In this document: positions 30,280 to 44,200 of the stretch, piece after piece | Layout: each line of letters starts with the position of its first letter | Numbering within the stretch: the stretch's first letter is position 1 | Origin: the human T2T-CHM13v2.0 reference genome, Homo sapiens | DNA: 64,000 bases | Assembly (NCBI RefSeq): GCF_009914755.1 | Contig: NC_060943.1 | Direction: 5' to 3' (one strand) | Translations under genes and position numbers: made by a program | The notes under the pieces: generated by a model | What the model saw: the letters and a program-made list of their open reading frames with translations, nothing else | Databases searched by the model: none | What the model was told of the DNA's origin: nothing

Positions 30280-30702
30280 GCATGTTTTTTCCAGCACAAT
30301 TCACAATTGCAAAGATATGGAACCAACCGGTGTGGCCATCAATCAATGAGTGGATAAAGAAAACGTGGTATATATACATCATGGAATATTATTCAGCCAT
30401 GAAAAGAATGAAATAATGTGTTTCGCAGCAATTTGGATGGAGCTAGGGCCATTATTCTAAGTGAAGTAATTCTGGAATGGAAAACCAAATACCGTGTGTT
30501 CTCACTTATAAGTGGGAGCTAAGCTATGAGGATGCAAACGCATAGAATGGCATCATGGATTTCAGGCCCTTGGGGTGGGAAAGGTTGGGAGGCGGATGAG
30601 GGATAAAAGGCTACATGTTGGGTACAGTGTACATTTTCAGGTGACGGGTGCTCTAAAATCTCAGACTTCACCGCTAAACAATTCATCCATGTAATCAACA
30701 CC
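30280..30702 (+). mobile_element. L1 (PB/MA-like) 3' end
   Basis: Translates AQFTIAKIWNQPVWPSINEWIKKTWYIYIMEYYSAMK; gttctcacttataagtgggagctaagctatgagg. Confidence 0.85.
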
Positions 30703-30825
30703 AGGCCAGGCGTGGTGGCTTACACTTGTAATCCCAGCATTTTGGGAGGCCAAGGCAGGTGGATCACCTGAGGTCAGGAGTTTGAGAACCAGCCTGGCCA
30801 GCATGGTGAAACCCTGTCTGTACTA

Positions 30826-30987
<162 letters not shown>

Positions 30988-31093
30988 TCAAAACAAACAA
31001 ACAAAAACAAACAAACAAACAAACCAAAAAACCAAAAGCCAAAAACAAAAACCACTTTTACCCCAAAAGCTACTGAAAAAAAAAAAAAAATTA

Positions 31094-31414
<321 letters not shown>

Positions 31415-32920
31415 TTAAAAGAAAAAGAAAAAGAAATAAATATCTGTTGAATCAACCAATGAAGGAGGGTGCAGTTCCATACAGCGCCCACCAGGTGCCG
31501 CTGCTCCCAAGCCTAGGCCGGCTCAGCGACTCTGCAGGGTGAATCTCAACCCCAGCCCCGCCTCGGGGTCGCACCTCAGGACGTCTCCTTTTCCAATCTG
31601 CAGCGTGGCTCGGCCTCCTCCCTCATCGCAAGGCTCCCACTCTGCCCCTGGAGTCCAGTCAACCCCGCAGCCACTTGCAGAAATTTTCCTATAAGCAGTT
31701 CTGACCACATTCCTCCACTTCCTGTTGGGTTCCTGGGACAGGTTCCTGCCGACTCTTACCTCTGGGCCTTTGCTGCTCCTTCTGCCTGGGATGCCCTTTC
31801 ATTAGAAAACTCATATAGTACTTAGCTCCACTTCTTCCTGGGGGCATACCACTTAATTGCTCCATGCCTCAGTTTCCCCTGATGCAGAGGCTGGACAGAG
31901 AGGCTTTGTCCAAGAAAAGTTCAGGGCCAGGAATTAGACAATCTGAAAGGCAATGGGGAGCCATAGAGGGTGTTTGAGCAGGAGAGTGTCCTCAGATGTA
32001 AGGAAGGACAGAGCCTCCTTCCCTTTGCCCCTGGATCTTTCTAGAAGGGCCTTACGGGGTTGGAATGGGAGACTTTAGCTGTGGCCAGCTCAGACTCCAC
32101 TTGCTGGGCTCCCAGGGGCTGGACAAGCAGGTCTTCCTCCCCCTGTACCCTCCTGGTGGGGCTGTTTACTCTCCAGTGATGTCCCTGAGTCTGGGCCATC
32201 CCACAGCACCTGCTCCCTGGGCAGACACCAGGTGCGGGGACACCCCTGGAGGGAAAGCCACAAGCTTCAGGCTGGGGGCCCGGGTGTCACCTTTACGGAA
32301 GCGCCGGTGACTACCTCCACCGCGGGAGGTTCCACAAGGCTGATGAGGCTCACGTGGGACTCACCGGGGAGACAGCGTCCAGAGCAGGTGAGGACGGCAT
32401 GCTGGGCTGGCCCGTTCAGGGGGCTGGAGGACATTCAGGGACCCCACACCCAGCTGCTGCCCCCTGCCTGTCTCAGGCCCTCTCTCTGACTCTGTCTCCC
32501 CATCTCTGTCCCCTCCACCCTCTCAACTCTGTCCTTTCTCTCTGGCGCTGTCTCTCTCTGGGTCTTGTTCACTGTCTTGGAGCTCTCCATGCTGTGTCTC
32601 TTTCTCTCTCTGTGTCTCCCCATGTCTCTCTCGCTGTCTCTGGCCCTCTCTCTCCCTGGGTCTCTGGTTCAGGGGGGGTCTCTGTCTCCGTTTGAGTCTC
32701 TGTCTCTCTCTGTGTCTCTGCCTGTCCCTGTCTCTGCTGCCCCATCCAAGCCCTGCTCTCAGGGTGGGGAGAACAGGTTCTACCCTCTCCGAGGTTCTCT
32801 TCCTCATTGGCTTACTCTGACCCGGTCCCTAAGGGGGACCACCAGGCACTGCCCAGGAAGGAGGAGGGAGCACCAGGCTGCAGAACCCCATGCTGCCTCC
32901 ATCTGAGAAGGCCCTCCATA

Positions 32921-33615
32921 GCCACCTTCTCCCTACAGCCCACCTTGTGCACAAAGCCAGTGTTCTCCCTGCAGCCCACCTTCTCCCTGCAGCCCGCCTT
33001 CTCCCAGAAACCCTCCTGCCTTCTCCACGCAGCCCATCTTCTCTCTGAAGCCCACCTTCTCCCCACAGCCCACCTCCTCCCGCAGCGCACCTCCTCCCTG
33101 AAGCCCCCTTCTTCCTGAAGCCCACCTCTTCCCTGAAGCCCACCTTCTCCCTGAAGCCCACCTCCTCCCACAGCCCACCTCCTCCCTGAAGCCCACCTTC
33201 TCTCTGAAGCCCACCTCCTCCCGCAGCGCACCTCCTCCCTGAAGCCCCCTTCTTCCTGAAGCCCACCTCTTCCCTGAAGCCCACCTTCTCCCTACAGCCC
33301 ACCTTGTGCACAAAGCCAGTGTTCTCCCTGCAGCCCACCTTCTCCCAGAAACCCTCCTGCCTTCTCCACGCAGCCCATCTTCTCTCTGAAGCCCACCTCC
33401 TCCCGCAGCCCACCTCCTCCCTGAAGCCCACCTCCTCCCACAGCCCACCTCCTCCCTGAAGCCCACCTCCTCCCTGAAGCCCCCTTCTTCCTGAAGCCCA
33501 CCTCTTCCCTGAAGCCCACCTTCTCCCTGAAGCCCACCTTCTCCCTGAAGCCCACCTTCTCCCGCAGCCCACCTTCTCCTGCAGCCCACCTTCTCTCTGA
33601 AGCTCCCCTTCTCCC
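32921..33615. repeat. 18-bp minisatellite (GCCCACCT[T/C]CTCCCTGAA)n with higher-order duplication
   Basis: Direct reading. The block starting ccaccttctccctacagcccaccttgtgcacaaagccagtg occurs at about 32922 and about 33281. Confidence 0.95.
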
Positions 33616-35361
33616 CGCTTGTTTTCCCACCTGGCTCCAACCTCCTGTCCTGCCTTTTTACTTCTACGGGTGCAGCCCCCGTACCTGGCCCTGCTCCCCA
33701 CACAGCACAGCTGCCGCCGCCCAATGTTTCCCTGCTGCGCCCAGGCCTGTGCTAGGTGAATGGAAGAGCATGGCCTCCTTGCACTTCTGCAAAGCAGCTA
33801 ATCCTGGGCCCCTATGGGTGGCAACACCTGTGTGTGTGTAGCAGGGAACTGAAGGGGGGTCTGGAGGTCTCCAAAGATGATGCCTCATGGACCAGGGAGG
33901 GTCTGGCTGTTGTGTGGCTGTAGGGGTCCTTATTCTTGGGACCTGCTCCAGGGGAGGTGGGGGAGTCCAGCTTGGCTCTGTAAATCTGGTGGTTAGGTGG
34001 GTCCAGTCACCGTGCTGAAGGTCTTTGTCCTGGGGGTTGTCTGTGGTTGGCGTTTGACTATTGAGGGGATCCAGTTGTTGTAAGGATTTGGGGTGCAGTA
34101 TTCTGGGGGCTCTGCTGTTGAAAGGAGTCTTGTTCCTGTGCCTGTCTGGGGTGGTTTTGTGGAGGGGGGCGGTTTTCGCTCCGGTGGGAGGTCCAAATCT
34201 GTGGAGATTGGCGATTGCTTTTTTTTTTTGAGACGGAGTCTCACTCTGTCACCAGGCTGGAGTACAGTGGTATGATCTCGGCTCGGCTCAGCCTCATGAG
34301 TAGCTGGGGTTACAGGCACGCGCCACCACACCCAGCTAATTTTTTTTTTGTAGAGAGGGGGGTTTCATCATGTTGGCCAGGATGGTCTCGATCTCCTGAC
34401 CTCGTGATCCACCTGTCTCGGCCTCCCAAAGTGCTGGGATTACAGGCGTCAGCCACCGCGCCTGGCCTGGCGATTGCTTTTGTCTGCAGGGGGTCGTTGG
34501 GGACTCTGGCTGCTGCAGGGTCCTGTTGCTTTAAGATTGATGGTTGCGGGGACGTGACTGCTGTGAGTGACAGTTGCTAAGGGGTTGGGAGTATTTGTTG
34601 CAGGCAAGTTAGGGACACAGACCTCCAGCTGTTGTCTGCTGGAGTCTGATCGCTGTGTGTGGGATTGTAGTTAGTGGGTGAGTGACAGTCCTCTCTCACT
34701 GTAAATCTCTCTCCGTCTCTACCTCTTTCTCTGTCCCTCCACACCGTGCTTTCATTCAAAGATTTGTTGAGGAATCATTGGAATAATTACGGTGAGGCCA
34801 GTGTCTGACTGCAGCAGGTTTCTGGGGGGCTCTCAGCCCTGCTCAGACGGGGAGAGGAGGCAGGACACCCCTCATTTTCCCCACCACCTGTGATCAGCCC
34901 TGGGGGTGGGAATCACTGGCTCACATGGGCCAAAAGAGCTAGATGTTTGGGTCTCAGAGACCACACCCCATTCTGACCTTGTTCTCAAACTTCAAGGCTG
35001 AGGCTGAGGGGCTTGGTGGGTTTGGCAGGACTGGCGGTCTTGGGTGGGTGCAGGGACTCTCCCTGGCGAGGGGGGAACAGAGAGGGTTACAGGCATTGGG
35101 AGAGAGGACCAGCCATGCAGATATCTGGCAGGAGCATTCCAGGCAGAGGGCACAGCCAGCATGTGCAAAGGCCCTGAGGCAGGACAGTGCCTGGTGTGTT
35201 GAGGGAAGAGCAAGGAGGCCTGCGTGCCTGAAACAGAATGATCAAGAGGTAGCAGGATGATTTGGTGTTACAACCACCACTTCCGAGCCGGGAGCTCCTG
35301 GGCCCAAGCCTCTTTGGGGTGCACATCTTCCTAACAGGCTCAGCTGCGGGCACTTCCCCTA

Positions 35362-35575
35362 CAGCTGGGGTTCTCCACCATGCCCTATTGATATTTGGGG
35401 CCAGGCAGTCTTTTGTCTTGGGGGGCTGCGTTGTGCATTGTAGGATATTCAGCAGCGTAAATATTTAGAGACCAGTAGGGGCACCTGGTCTCTACCCACC
35501 AGGGGCCAGTAGCACTTCCCAAGTGAGGATAACAAAAAACATTGACAACTTTCCCCTGGGTTTAGAACCATTGTC
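35362..35575. mobile_element. MER20 hAT DNA transposon
   Basis: tattgatatttggggccagg...tgtgcattgtaggatattcagcagc...ctctacccaccaggggccagtagcac. Confidence 0.75.
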
Positions 35576-35879
35576 CTAAAGTTGGAAGTGGGGCCGAGAG
35601 TGGGAGGCTGCCTGGGGGGACTGGGGTGGGAGCTGCACAGGACAAGTGAGGATTTCTGGTGTGACCTTAAGTGAACAAGCTTCATTCTCCTCACCTATCA
35701 AATCAGAGTCTGGGGTGATGAGAGGATTCTATTCATTCATTCATTCATTCATTCAACAAGTATTTATTAAGCATCTACTATATGCCAGCCCCCACAGTGA
35801 GGATATACCACGAGGAAGAAAGACAGGCAGTGGCGTCATGAAAGAAAGAGAGACGTTAGTTGCTGGGCGCAGTGGCTCA

Positions 35880-36155
<276 letters not shown>

Positions 36156-37714
36156 TTAGCCAGGTGTAGTGGTGTGTGCCTGTGATCCCAGCTACTCGGG
36201 AGGCTGAGGCAGGAGAATCACTTGCACCTGAGAAGGCGGAGATGGCAGTGAGCCGAGATCACACCAGGGCACTCCAGCCTGGGTGACAGAGGGAGACTCC
36301 ATCTCAAAAAAAAAAAATTTTTTTTTAAAAAGAAAGAGACATTAATGAAATAATTACACAGATACCTGTAAAATCGCAACAATACTAAACGCTGAGAAGC
36401 AGAAGCACCTGACTTAGTCTGGTAGGTCGGAGAGGGCTTCCCAGAGAATATGTGATCAGAGGAGGGGGATAGAGGAATTAGGGGAGAGGAGGAAGAGCGT
36501 TGCAGGCACTGGAGCTGCAGGTGCCGAGGCCCTGCGGTGACTCCGAATGGTGGGAAGGCCAGTGTGGCTGGAGTAGGGTCAGGATACGCTCCATCTGGAT
36601 CTCCCAGGCCCTGTGAGTGGGGGAAGAGAGTGCAGTCTTGATCCGTTAAAGGTTTTAAGCAGGAAAGTAGCATAATCTGATATGCATGGTAAAAAGATCC
36701 CTCCAGCAGATAGTGTCTGTGAAGTGCTTAGCATAGGCAGTGTAAGGGACTCAGAAATGAGTTGGATGATGCCAACGGGTATTTTGGGGACCCAGAGGTG
36801 TCACAGGCTCCAATTCGTGCCCTCTGAGTCCCCACGGATGAAGCTCTGGCCTGTTTCCAGGAGCCCATGGTATATTCTAGGCTTGGGGTGAGGGGGTGGA
36901 AAAGAAGAATTTCCCTGTTTTGAGCATAGTTTCGGAGATGGGGGAAGGACGGCCACCTCTAGGGTGGTGGGGGGAGGGCTCCAAGGGCCGGAAGACACTT
37001 CTTTCAGTGAACTCCTGGGCCCGTTTCACAGAAGGGAGACTGAGGCCCTGGGGCCTCATGAGCACCCAGTCCTGAGCTACAACACCGGCCACTGCCCTGT
37101 GGGAGGTCCCAGAGGAGCTGTGTCTTGGCATCAAAGGCGCTTTTGGGACCTGCTCACAGTTCAGGCCACATCTCAGGCTTGGCAGGGTAGGCCCTGGGCT
37201 CCGGCTGCCCAGGCACCAAACCCACCTGTGACTAGCTGTGTGACCCTAGGCAAGTCGGTGCATCTCTCTGGGCCTCCGGGGGAAAAAGAGATGTGGAGTC
37301 TCCCAAGGGTGTTGTGAGAATTAAACAACATTGTTTACATTCCTTCATTCAACAAACAGTTATTAAGCACCTACTGTGTGTCAGGTGCTGTTTTGGGCAC
37401 TGTAGACACAGAGGGGGAATGGTCCCTGTTCTCGGGGGCTGGTGTTCTAGCGGCAGAGACATACACCAAGCAAATACGACCATCGGTAATGATAAAGTAA
37501 GGAAGTTCATCCACGTTGTCTCAAATGGCAGGATTTTCCTTGCTTTTCAAGGCTAAGTAGTATTGAATTGTGTATACATATCACATTTCCTTCCTTCCTT
37601 CTTTCCTTCTCTCCTTCCTTCCTTCCTCCCCTCCCTCCCTCCTTCCTTCCTTCCTTCCCTCCTTCCTTCTCTCCTTCCCTCTTCCCTCCCTCCCTTACTT
37701 TTTTTTTTTTTTAA

Positions 37715-37819
<105 letters not shown>

Positions 37820-38280
37820 TGAGTAGCTGGGATTACAGGTGCCCACCACCATGGCTGGTTAATTTTTTTGTATTTTTAGTAGAGACAGGGTTTCATCATG
37901 TTGGCCAGGCTGGTCTTAAACTCCTGACCTCAGGGTACCTGCCCGCCTCAGCCTCCCAAAGTGCTGGGATTACAGGTGTGAGCCACCATACCTGCCCTCC
38001 TTCCTTCCTCCCTCCCTCCCTCCTTTCTTGCTTTCTTTCCCTCCCTTTTCCTTCCTTCCTTTCCCTTCCCTTTCTTTCCTCCCTCCCTCTCCCTCCCTTC
38101 CGTCCCCCTCCCTCCCTTCCTTCCCCCTCCCTCCCTTCCTTCCCCCTCCCTCCCTTCCTCCTTCCTTCCTTCCTTCCTTCCCTCCCTTCCTTCTTCCTTT
38201 TTCCCTTCCCTTTTCTCTCTCTCTCTCTTTTTTTCTTTCCTCCTTTCTTTTTCTCTGTCACCCAGGCTGCAGTGCAGTGA

Positions 38281-38403
<123 letters not shown>

Positions 38404-39754
38404 TAGAGATGGGTTTCGCCCAGGCTTATACCATATTTTCTTTATCACTTCATCCATCCGTGGTCACTTAAATTGCTTCCATATCTGTGCTATTGTGAAT
38501 AGTGCCTGGAGTGCCAGTACCTCTTCATACTGATTTCAATAAGTGTATGAGCTGATGGGTTTGTTAACGAGCCTGGTTTAATCATTCCACACAGTACACA
38601 TACATCAAAGCCTCACATCATACTCCACAAATATCTGCAATTATTATTTGTCAATTAAAAATAAGAAACCAGGGCACAGTGGCTCATGCCTGTAATCCCA
38701 ACACTTTGGGAGTCCGAGGAGGGTGGATCATTTGAGGTCAGGAGTTCGAGACCAGCCTGGCCAACATCGTGAAACCTTGTTTCTACTAAAAATACAAAAA
38801 TTAGCCAGGCATGGTGGCGTGCGTCTGTAATCCCAGCTACCCGGGAGGCTGAGGCAGGAGAATCGCTTGAACCCAGAGGTTGCAGCAAGCAGAGATCGCG
38901 CCACTGTAATCCAGCCTGGGCGACAGAGTGAGATTCTGTCTCAAAACACAAACAAACAAAAGATACAGTAAAATAGGCCAGGCGAGGTGGTTCACACCTG
39001 TAATCCCAGTGCTTTGGGAAACTGAGGAAGGAGGGTCCACTGAGGCTAGGAATTGGAGAGCAGCCTGGGCAACGTAGCAAGACCCAGTCTCTACAAAATA
39101 AAAATAAAAAAAACTGGCCAGGTGTGGTGGCACATGCCTGTAGTCCCGGCTACTTGGAAGGCTGAGACAGGAGGATTGCTTGAACACAGGAGGGTGAGGC
39201 TGCAGTGAGCCATGATTGCACCACAACACTCAGGCCTGGGTGACAGAGCAAGACCCTGTCTTAAAAAAAAAAAAAAAGGTGAAAAAGTAAAGGAGGGGAG
39301 CAAAAGTGTCTGGAATAAGCAGAATAAGGAGAGAAAGTGAGTGTGTAAGTGTGTAAGTATGTGAGTGTGTGTGAATGTGTGGGTGGCTGTTTAGGCTGGG
39401 GGTCAGGGGAGGCTTGCTGAGGAGGTGACATTGGAGGAGAAAGACCTAAAGGAGGTGAGGGAGGAGCGATGTGAGTGTCTGGGGAACAGCATTCCTGGCA
39501 GAGGGAACAGCCTGTGCAAAGACCCTGAGGCAGGACTGCATTGGGGTGTTGGAGGAACACGGAGGAGGCCCATGCGGCTGGAGTGGAGTGAGTGAGTGAG
39601 TGTGGGAGGGGATGTTGCAGTTGTCCAGTTACGTGAGGAGAAGAGTCCAAGAGAGGTGGCAGGTGGAAGGATCTTAGATGAAGTTTTCCTTTTCTTCCTT
39701 TTTTTTTTTTTTTGAGATGGAGTCTTTCTCTGTTGCCAGACTGGTGTGCAGTGA

Positions 39755-39967
<213 letters not shown>

Positions 39968-40434
39968 TGAGCCACCGTGCCTGGCCTAAATTTTTCTTTT
40001 TCTTTTTCCTTTTTTTTTTTTAAGAGACAGCGTCTCACTTTGTTGCCAGGGCTGGTGTGCAGTGGTGAGATTATAGCAGACTGCAACCTTGACCTCCTGG
40101 GCTCAAGCGATCCTCACGCCTCAGCCTCCTAAGTAGCTGGGACTACAGGCATGTGTCACCATGCCTGGGTTTTGTTTTGTTTTGTTTTTTGCTTTTTTAA
40201 GAGATGGGGTCTTGCTATGTTGCTCAGGCTGGTTTTGAACTCCTGGCCCTAAGTGATCCTCTAGTCTTGGCCTCCCAAGGTGCTGGGATTACAGGCATGA
40301 TCCACTGTGCCTGGCCTCTATGGCAATTTTTGAAGGTGAAGCCAGTAGTTTCCTGAGTTGGGCTCAGATTTGGGGGTGAGAGAAAAAGAGGAGCAGAGGA
40401 CAAAAGTAGGGGTTTTGGCCTGAGCACTTGCAGG

Positions 40435-40676
40435 GCTGGTGGCAGTGGGGGATGGAACTGCCATGAACTGAGGTGGGGAAGGTGGAGGGGGAGCTGGTGG
40501 TGGGGAGGGGTGGAACTGCCATGAACTGAGATGGGGAAGGTGGAGGGGACGCTGGTGGTGGGGAGGGGTGGAACTGCCATGAACTGAGATGGGGAAGGTG
40601 GAGGGGACGCTGGTGGTGGGGAGGGGTGGAACTGCCATGAACTGAGATGGGGAAGGTGGAGGGGGCGCTGGTGGTG
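40435..40676. repeat. 58-bp G-rich minisatellite, 4 copies plus partial, derived from L2 sequence
   Basis: Units start at 40435, 40493, 40551, 40609 (partial at 40667): gctggtggtggggaggggtggaactgccatgaactgagatggggaaggtggaggggac. Confidence 0.95.
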
Positions 40677-40817
40677 AGGCACATCACTTGCTGGGTTTTG
40701 GCCACGTTGAGTATTTGATGCTCGCGGGCGTTGGGAGGTAAATGTCCCACGAATGCTGAGTTTGGGGTGAAGCCAGCTGGGAGTCACAATCTCCTGGGCT
40801 CAGCGTAGAATTAACAA

Positions 40818-40823
40818 GGTGTG

Positions 40824-40872
<49 letters not shown>

Positions 40873-40930
40873 TGTGTGTGTGTGTGTATGTGTGTATGTG
40901 TGTGTGTGTGTGTGTGTATGTATGTGTGTT
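40818..40930. repeat. (TG)n microsatellite (others at 8577-8614, 8994-9025; CA/CG tract at 24494-24576)
   Basis: Direct reading. Confidence 0.95.
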
Positions 40931-41214
40931 TGTTGTGGGGGGGACTTGGTGGCCTGAGTGGGGTCCAGCCACCTGCTCTGGGGGATGTAGGGACTCAGGT
41001 GCCTCGAAGAGAGACCCTCCTGGCTGGCGTTTTAGTGGGAGCTGGGGCTTGGCCTTGGATGGACACGAGGTGCCTCTGAGCTTCCTTCCTTTGAGGCTGT
41101 GTGGTGACTGAGGCCAGTGCCCTGCAGAGAGGGAAAGGCAGAACCTGAGGGGCCCGTTGGGCCAGAGACTGTGGGCTCCAAGACCGAGATGAATTTTGCT
41201 GGGAGTGAGTTTAA

Positions 41215-41291
41215 GGAAGTGAATTTCCGCTGCACGGCATCCATGCATAACAGCCCTGACGTCACATCAGACCCCGTGAGCCCTGGTGAGC
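41215..41291. promoter_or_regulatory. Candidate enhancer or alternative promoter (ETS/IRF, NF-kB-like, PAR-like, perfect CRE)
   Basis: GGAAGTGAATTTCC at about 41215-41228, ATGCATAAC at 41243-41251, TGACGTCA at 41257-41264, donor CTG|GTGAGC at 41286. Confidence 0.4.
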
Positions 41292-44200
41292 CTCCCTTGG
41301 AGCTCGGGTGTCCAAGAACTGAGTATCTGTTATGTTGGTGAACAATGTATGTACCGGGTTACCTGTTCAGCCTTTGCTGCAAACCTGTGCCCATTTCACA
41401 GTTCAAAGAACTGAGGCTCAGGAAAGAGGAGTCACTTGTCCAAGTGTGTCTTTGGCAGAGCAGGGACTGGGTCCTTGGCCTCACCGGCTCTGGACACCCC
41501 TGCCCACCCCCCACTTCCTGCCCATCAGCCTGTTCCTGGCACTCGGGACCCCAGATGGGCTTGTGGGCTGGGCACGGGAGATACCAACGGCTTCCGGTCT
41601 CTTCCCCTGAGGCTCAGGAGGTGCCGGGGGAGGGGGAGGGCGGGCCACGGCTCCCAGGGTGCCTTGCATTTTCCCCTTGAAGACTGAGTTCCCACAGAAG
41701 CGTCTCGGTTTTAGAGATCGGTTTCGCTGGGGGCTTTTATGAGGCAGGGGCTCCATCAGATTGAGAGTGCAGGGCCCCGAGGTTCCATTGGGTTCCCTGA
41801 ACCCCGTGGAAATGTGGCCCTTCCGAGAAACCTGGGCTGGGCTGCCCAGGGCCGTGGGAATAGCCTCTATGGGTCCCTGGTTCTCCTTGGGCAGACTTTT
41901 GAGTCAGAGGAAAGCCAGCTTGGGGAGGAAAGCAATTTCCTCATCTCAGGCCCCCCAAGTCTGGGCAGGAGGGGTGGAGAAGGCAGAGAGCTGGACCTAG
42001 AGAAGTAGTCTCCAACTCCCTGCTTGCACACCTCCTGTGACGGGCAGCTCATTACCTATCAAGGCAACCTTGCTTGGTTAGTGAGCTGGAATTCTTACAA
42101 AATCCTTTCAGATGCTGGTTCAAAACTGCACCTTCATCCCTCTCTCTGTGGTCCTTACCTAGCTTTCTGGACCACACGGAGCACACCCCCTTCTCCAAAT
42201 ATCTCACACTCTTATATTTATTCGACTGTCTATTCAGGAGATGTGTGGACACAGGGGCAGACCCAGAGAGATTGCTGCAGCAATGGTGGAATCCCACTGG
42301 GTCCTGGGAACCTAGAAGGCGCTTCTGGCCTATCTGAGAGGAATCAATTTGGTGGGCTTCCTGTAGGAGGTAGCATCTAAGCTGTGTCTTAAAGGACAAA
42401 TATGATTTGGCTTAGGGAAGAGGTGAGGGAAGAATGCTTCAGGCAGAAGAAACATTATGTGGAGGTGAGGGACCATTCTTTCATGAAGTAAAAAATGGTC
42501 TACGTGGCTGGAGTGGTGTGTTTGAGGAGGGCTAAGGGGGTACTAAGGCCAGAAAAGGGATAGAGAAAAGCCTGGAGCAGTGACCCAGGTAGCAGAAAAA
42601 CAATACCCTCATTCTTCAAACAGGGTATGAGTCCAAATTTGTTTTGTATTTCTTAAACATTTTTTTAAGAGAGATGGGGTCTTGCTATGTTGCCCAGGCT
42701 GGTCTCCAGCTCCTGGCTTCAAGTGATCCTCTCACCTCAGCCTCCCAAAGTGCTGGAATTACAGGCATGAGCCTTCATGCCTGACTCATTTCACATTTCT
42801 CAATTGCTTTGCCAGGAAGCAAGGTATACCTTCTAGGTACACAAGTGCCCATCTTACTGCATCCTTGCTAGCATTAGGTTTTATTGTTTTTAAGAAATCT
42901 TTGCCAATTTCGGCAGGAAAAATTGGTATCTCATGTAAATGAAAACAAATGAGTATTTCCCTTGTAAGCGACATGCCTAAACAATTTCTCCAGACATGCA
43001 TTGGCCTGGCAAATGCTACCTTTTGCCTGAGTGTTAAGAAATCTTACACTCGCTGGAGAGTTTGCAGTCATTTTTAGCTCCTCTCTTAGAGCAAAAGAAA
43101 AGCTTGTGGGCTACCCTCTGGCCACATGGGTGGAGGAATTTGTGAGGCAGCCTCCTCCCTTCTCCTTTGATTCATCTTTCTTTTTCTCACCTTTTTTTTT
43201 TTGTCCTTTTAAACTTCTCTGTACTCTGTTGGCCTCTGAGTCTTCTGGTAACTGTAGCTTCATCTTCATCTGGGGTGTCTTTGGGCTCAAAAAAGAGGGT
43301 TGGCAAACCACAGGAAGACTCCCCAAGTCTTCATAGGAGACTATGCTGATATGCTGAGTATCTTCTTCTTCTTCTTATTTTTGAGACAGGGTGTCACTCC
43401 TATCATCCAGGTGGGAGTGCAGTGGTGCCATCACAGCTCATTGCAACCTTGACCTCCTGGGCTCAAGCAACCTCCTGCTTCATTTTTTTTTTTGATTTTT
43501 TTGTAGAGACAAGGTCTCACTATGTTGCCCAGGCTGGTCTTGAACTCCTAGGCTCAAGCGATCCACCTGTCTCAGCCTCCCAAAGTGTGAGATGACAGGT
43601 GTGCGCCACCGTGCCCAGCCTATGCCAGGTATCTTATATCTTATAGACACATCTTACCATTTTAGTTCTCACAACATCTGCCTATGATGATAACCTTGAA
43701 CCCCTTTTATAGATGAGGAGCTGAGGCTTAGAGAGGTTAAGTCACTCAGTCAGTATCCCATGGCCAATATTGGCTATTTCTCTTAGTTTCACTCAATAAA
43801 TTACTCTTATGACATTAAGATTTTATTAAATTCTAATTTAGGAGCAGAGGGTTGGCCATTTATCTTTCTCTTTCTGTCAATCTCTCTCTCCTTTTTTGAG
43901 ACAGAATCTCACTCTGTTGCCCAGGCTAGAGTGCAGTGGTGTGATCACAGCTCACTACAGCCTCGACCTCCCCAGGCTCAGGTGATCCTCCCACTTCAGC
44001 TTCCCAAGTAGCTGGGACCAGAGGTGCACACCACCATGCCCGGCTAATTTTTGAAAACTTTTTTTTTTTTTTTTTGTAGAGACAGGGTTTTGCCACATTG
44101 CCCGGGTTGGTCTCGGACTCCTAAGTTCAACTGTTCCTCCTGCCTCGGCCTCCCAAAGTGTTGGCATTACAGGTGTGAGCCACCTCGCTCGGCTGTTGGC

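Noticed and set aside
32807-33724. Gly/Arg/Glu-rich ORFs up to 290 aa
   Set aside because: Products of the 18-bp VNTR, open in all minus frames, with non-ATG starts and no domain.
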